Assembly: GCA_963977015.1 (NCBI GenBank)
Contig: CAXBMO010000001.1
Location: 96,001 to 160,000, forward strand
DNA from: an uncultured bacterium
GTDB lineage: Bacteria; Verrucomicrobiota; Verrucomicrobiia; Verrucomicrobiales; DEV007
Length of the DNA: 64,000 nt
Direction of reading: 5' to 3'
Shown: positions 60,698 through 64,000 of the stretch, one piece after another
How the letters are laid out: the number at the start of each line of letters is the position of its first letter
Position numbering within the stretch: position 1 is the stretch's first letter
Made by a program: the position numbers and the translations under genes
Notes under the pieces: generated by a model
Databases searched by the model: none
What the model saw: only the letters and a program-made list of their open reading frames with translations
What the model was told of the DNA's origin: nothing

Positions 60698-62770
60698 ATG
60701 CAAGAAGACAAGGCAGGCAAAATTCTCAGGGAGAAGTTTCCTTATGGCGTACTTTCCAACGTTCCGCTTTTTCGGTCGGACACTCCCGAGGAGCATCTCT
60801 ATGCCAATCAGGCAGATCACTTGTTACACTTTCGCAAAGGTGATCGGGAAAAATTGGTCATTGTGGAGTGTAAAGAGAACGTCCTCAGAAGGTGGAGTTC
60901 CGAGAAGTCCCGTCCCATCGTCGAAAGCAGCAAATATTGGTTTGCCTTGTATTTCGGGAGGGCAAAGGACTCCAAAAAACAGGTGCGGAATCAGGCGCGG
61001 GCGCTCTATCAGAACCTGAATCTTCAATTTCGGGATGGTCCGCGGATCGAGGGGTGGGTCGTTCATTCGGGCAAGCATCCCAAAGAGATCAAAGAGGTGT
61101 ACGACGATGGCCTTGTGCTGATCGCGATGACCGGCAACTTGTTTCGGCGGAAGTTGAAGCGCATGAAACAGCAGGGCTGGAAAGCCGTTTCCGTCTATTC
61201 CTCTGAATACCTTTCCCGCCTACATTTAGGTCGGCGCGAAGAGAATTTTCCCCATCCGAATTTCATTGATGCGCTCGATCATGTTCGAAATTCTCGCCTC
61301 ATTCTTGACGGAGGAATTTTCACGAAGTTGCGGTTGGGACAGAAGCGGACCCATTGGGCCATTTCCGGTGCCGCTGGTTCCGGGAAAAGTGTGCTTTTGG
61401 CCTATTCCATTTGCGTGTTTGCGACGGATTACTGGATTCAAAGGGCTCCCGGAGGCTCGTTTTTGAAAGTGCTGGTTCCCGTCGGAGACAATTTGCCGGC
61501 TGCGATGCCGCCTCTCGGCGGGCGCCGGATTTATGCCTATGCCATGAGTCTGGCCCAGGTTGAAGCGCTGAAGCGCTATTTCGATCGATTCCGCTCTGAG
61601 TTCGTGTCTCTAAACGGAGCTGCACCGGCGATGGCTCCGATCACCTTTGCCCAATGGAGTGGAGAAATTCCCGATGACTGCACGGTGCTCGCGATTGATG
61701 AAGCTCAGGATTTGACGCTGGAGGATCAGGTCAAAATTGCGCAATGGCATGGCCGCCAACGGGGAAATTACCTCGCCGTCGCACTTGATCATCAGCAACG
61801 GCTTCGACAGGATCGGCATAAACCGAAGATCATCGAAGGACTGAATTTCTCCCGCAAGACGACGACCATGACTCGAAGCTATCGTCAGACCTATCCGGCT
61901 GCGATTACGGGATTGGCGCTGCTCTTCCGGTGGTTCTCGGATCGCGGTTTGATGATTTGTCCCGATGCGGAAGAAGTGCCGACTCACAGTGAGCTCAACA
62001 TGAGTCTACGCGGCTGTCTGGGAGCCAAGGTGACGACCAATCTCACCTCACAGCAATGCATCGTCACGATGCGAAATGATTCCCACCCGGGAAATCACTG
62101 GCGTCGAACCGTTGATATGTTTGAGCGCGGTAACGACGTGTTGCAGATGCTGGAGAATCAACGCGTTGAGCATCAAAAGGTTCTTTGGTTGCGCTTTGAG
62201 GACTCGATGACTTCGGATTTGGTTCCAGATTCCGGGATCGAATACTACGATGTGAGTTCGGGGAGTCTGGAAGCTTTCGTAAATCGGCGCATCAAGGGAT
62301 TGGAACATCCGATCGTCGTCATCGAAGGAATGCCCGAGCATATTGATGCGATCGACAATCCGGAACGCATGTGGCTGGCGCGCCGGCTGCTCTATCTGTG
62401 CACGAGTCGTGCCTCAGGATTTCTCTACTTCGTGATTCCCCGGGATCTCTATCGCGATGGGATTCGCAATGAAATCAGCCGGATACTCAATCAGTTGGGA
62501 AGTCCCGAAGCACAGGGGCATGAAATTGGCGAGACTTGGAAACTCAGCTTCAAGTGGCGTCCGAATGATGTGATCGAGGTCCCCGACTTTGAAGATGCCG
62601 TTGCGAATCCGGATGAGGTCGTTGCCGAAACCGCTGAAGAACAGCCGGAATTGGAGGTCGCAAGCGACGAGGATCTCGAAGAGATCACCACGGAAGAGGA
62701 ATTGGCCCCCGAACCGGAGATTCCTGACGCCGAACTGGAATTCGACGACTTGGATCAGGAGGTGGATTGA
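60698..62770 (+). CDS. NERD-like PD-(D/E)xK nuclease fused to an SF1 (UvrD-like) helicase, with acidic tail
   Basis: QADHL..IVECK, GAAGSGKS, IDEAQD, DHQQ, RSYR, KGLE, LYLCTSRA. Confidence 0.75.
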   Translation: MQEDKAGKILREKFPYGVLSNVPLFRSDTPEEHLYANQADHLLHFRKGDREKLVIVECKENVLRRWSSEKSRPIVESSKYWFALYFGRAKDSKKQVRNQARALYQNLNLQFRDGPRIEGWVVHSGKHPKEIKEVYDDGLVLIAMTGNLFRRKLKRMKQQGWKAVSVYSSEYLSRLHLGRREENFPHPNFIDALDHVRNSRLILDGGIFTKLRLGQKRTHWAISGAAGSGKSVLLAYSICVFATDYWIQRAPGGSFLKVLVPVGDNLPAAMPPLGGRRIYAYAMSLAQVEALKRYFDRFRSEFVSLNGAAPAMAPITFAQWSGEIPDDCTVLAIDEAQDLTLEDQVKIAQWHGRQRGNYLAVALDHQQRLRQDRHKPKIIEGLNFSRKTTTMTRSYRQTYPAAITGLALLFRWFSDRGLMICPDAEEVPTHSELNMSLRGCLGAKVTTNLTSQQCIVTMRNDSHPGNHWRRTVDMFERGNDVLQMLENQRVEHQKVLWLRFEDSMTSDLVPDSGIEYYDVSSGSLEAFVNRRIKGLEHPIVVIEGMPEHIDAIDNPERMWLARRLLYLCTSRASGFLYFVIPRDLYRDGIRNEISRILNQLGSPEAQGHEIGETWKLSFKWRPNDVIEVPDFEDAVANPDEVVAETAEEQPELEVASDEDLEEITTEEELAPEPEIPDAELEFDDLDQEVD

Positions 62771-63147
62771 GCCGCTTCGTTTTCCGCGATCAAGGCTCGG
62801 ATTCGCTCCAGAAGTTCGCCGAACCGTACCGGCTTCCGAAAGATTGCTTTCACGTTCCCTGCCAATGATTCCTTGTCGGGAATATCAGCCAGGGCGGTGC
62901 ACATGATTACGGGAACCGTTGCGAGCCGTCGCTGGCTGGACAGGTGTTGAAGAACTTCGGCGCCGTCGTGATCTGGCATCGTGAAGTCGAGAAGAATCAA
63001 ATCGGGCTGAACGATTTTGCCGACGGAAACCGATCGCGGACTGTAATTGATGGTTCGCACGTCAAACTCACCGGTTCGCTCCAAGTTCATCTGCAGAGTC
63101 TCGGCATATTCTTTGTCATCATCGATGATGAGTAGGCGTTTTCTCAT
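62755..63147 (-). CDS. Single-domain response regulator
   Basis: IIDDD, LLDFTMP, CTA, RKP. Confidence 0.88.
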   Translation of the reverse strand: MRKRLLIIDDDKEYAETLQMNLERTGEFDVRTINYSPRSVSVGKIVQPDLILLDFTMPDHDGAEVLQHLSSQRRLATVPVIMCTALADIPDKESLAGNVKAIFRKPVRFGELLERIRALIAENEAAQSTS

Positions 63148-63176
63148 GATTCTAGGTCAATTTAGGGAAACTGCTC

Positions 63177-63548
63177 TTAACCGAGAGCTTCCCGCATTCG
63201 TTCACGGAGTTGACCCAACTTGATGGGTTTTTCCAGGATTTCAGCAACATCCAGTTCCCCGATTTCTTTGTAGGCAATGGCGTTTTCGTTAAGCAGAGCC
63301 GACATCACGATTACCGGGATCGCCTTTAAAACGGGGTCCTGCTTCAATTCACGAACGAGTTCCGCTCCATCCTTGTTTGGCATTACGATATCGCTCACGA
63401 TCAAGTCGGGCTTAAATTCGCGAGCCACGTCCAGAGCATTGCGCGCATCGTTCAAGGTTCGGAGTTCAAATTCGCCACTACGCTCCAGGGCAACCTGAGC
63501 CAATTCGGTAAAGTCGACTTCGTCGTCGATGAGCAAAACTCGCTTCAT
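63177..63548 (-). CDS. Single-domain response regulator
   Basis: LIDDE, VSDIVMP, MSA, EKP; ATG 63548 overlaps the kinase stop. Confidence 0.88.
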   Translation of the reverse strand: MKRVLLIDDEVDFTELAQVALERSGEFELRTLNDARNALDVAREFKPDLIVSDIVMPNKDGAELVRELKQDPVLKAIPVIVMSALLNENAIAYKEIGELDVAEILEKPIKLGQLRERMREALG

Positions 63549-64000
63549 ACCTGTTCGGTTTCCGGGCTTTGCTGAGCTGCCTTTAGAATGATTTCCGTTC
63601 GGCAACCGCCCTCGGGCCGGTTTTCCAGACTAATCAGTCCCTTGTGAAGCTCGATGATTTTTTTGACCACAGTCAATCCCAAACCAGTTCCCTGGCCGGT
63701 TTCCTTGGTTGTGAAGAAGGGGTCGAAAATCTGGTCGATCTTGTCAGGGGGAATTCCGCATCCACTGTCGTCAATCCGCAAGACAATCACCGGATCCCCC
63801 GTTCTCAGTTGGTCAACTGTCCGTGCGCCGCGATCGCGTTCGTGGGACTCCAACGTCTTGGCGACGGTTGAAATTCCCAGCCTTCCGCCTTCGGGCATCG
63901 CCTGAATCGCGTTCATCAACAGGTTGATCAGAACCTGCTCCATCTTCGCATGATCGATTTTCACCAACGGCAGGTTCGACTCGAAGCTGGAGTCAATCTG
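63545..64000 (-). CDS. Sensor histidine kinase, C-terminal HATPase part (truncated by window edge)
   Basis: QVLINLLMNA, DSGCG, FFTTK, GTGLGL. Confidence 0.9.
   Translation of the reverse strand, partial: QIDSSFESNLPLVKIDHAKMEQVLINLLMNAIQAMPEGGRLGISTVAKTLESHERDRGARTVDQLRTGDPVIVLRIDDSGCGIPPDKIDQIFDPFFTTKETGQGTGLGLTVVKKIIELHKGLISLENRPEGGCRTEIILKAAQQSPETEQV

Overview
Bacterial chromosomal window that looks PVC-superphylum (Verrucomicrobiales-like), based on the planctomycete-type cytochrome c/DUF1549-DUF1553/DUF1501 genes and PVC heme-binding proteins. Bases 1-20300 form a nitrogen-scavenging island. Its core is a guanidine-type urea/guanidine carboxylase, CgdAB-like deiminase subunits, allophanate hydrolase, a NikR-like regulator, a split ABC importer and a partial porin. 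Nine further enzymes sit inside the transporter locus: creatininase-like, GS-like, AhpD/CMD, flavoprotein, Zn-ADH, Rieske oxygenase, SDR, FGE-domain and CE4 hydrolase, plus a TIM-barrel protein (ten genes in all). Six exact GG-N10-GC sigma54 promoters serve the island, including two back-to-back pairs, and a seventh precedes glnB. I found no guanidine riboswitch. The rest of the window holds a sulfatase, a hybrid sensor kinase, glnB, System II cytochrome c biogenesis with several c-type heme proteins, tRNA-Thr, dnaN, an aminopeptidase, fluC, an ECF sigma module, glycerate kinase, fabD, a NERD-like nuclease/SF1 helicase fusion and two-component genes. I saw no CRISPR array, rRNA or transposase. 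All calls come from reading motifs by eye; no database search was run.
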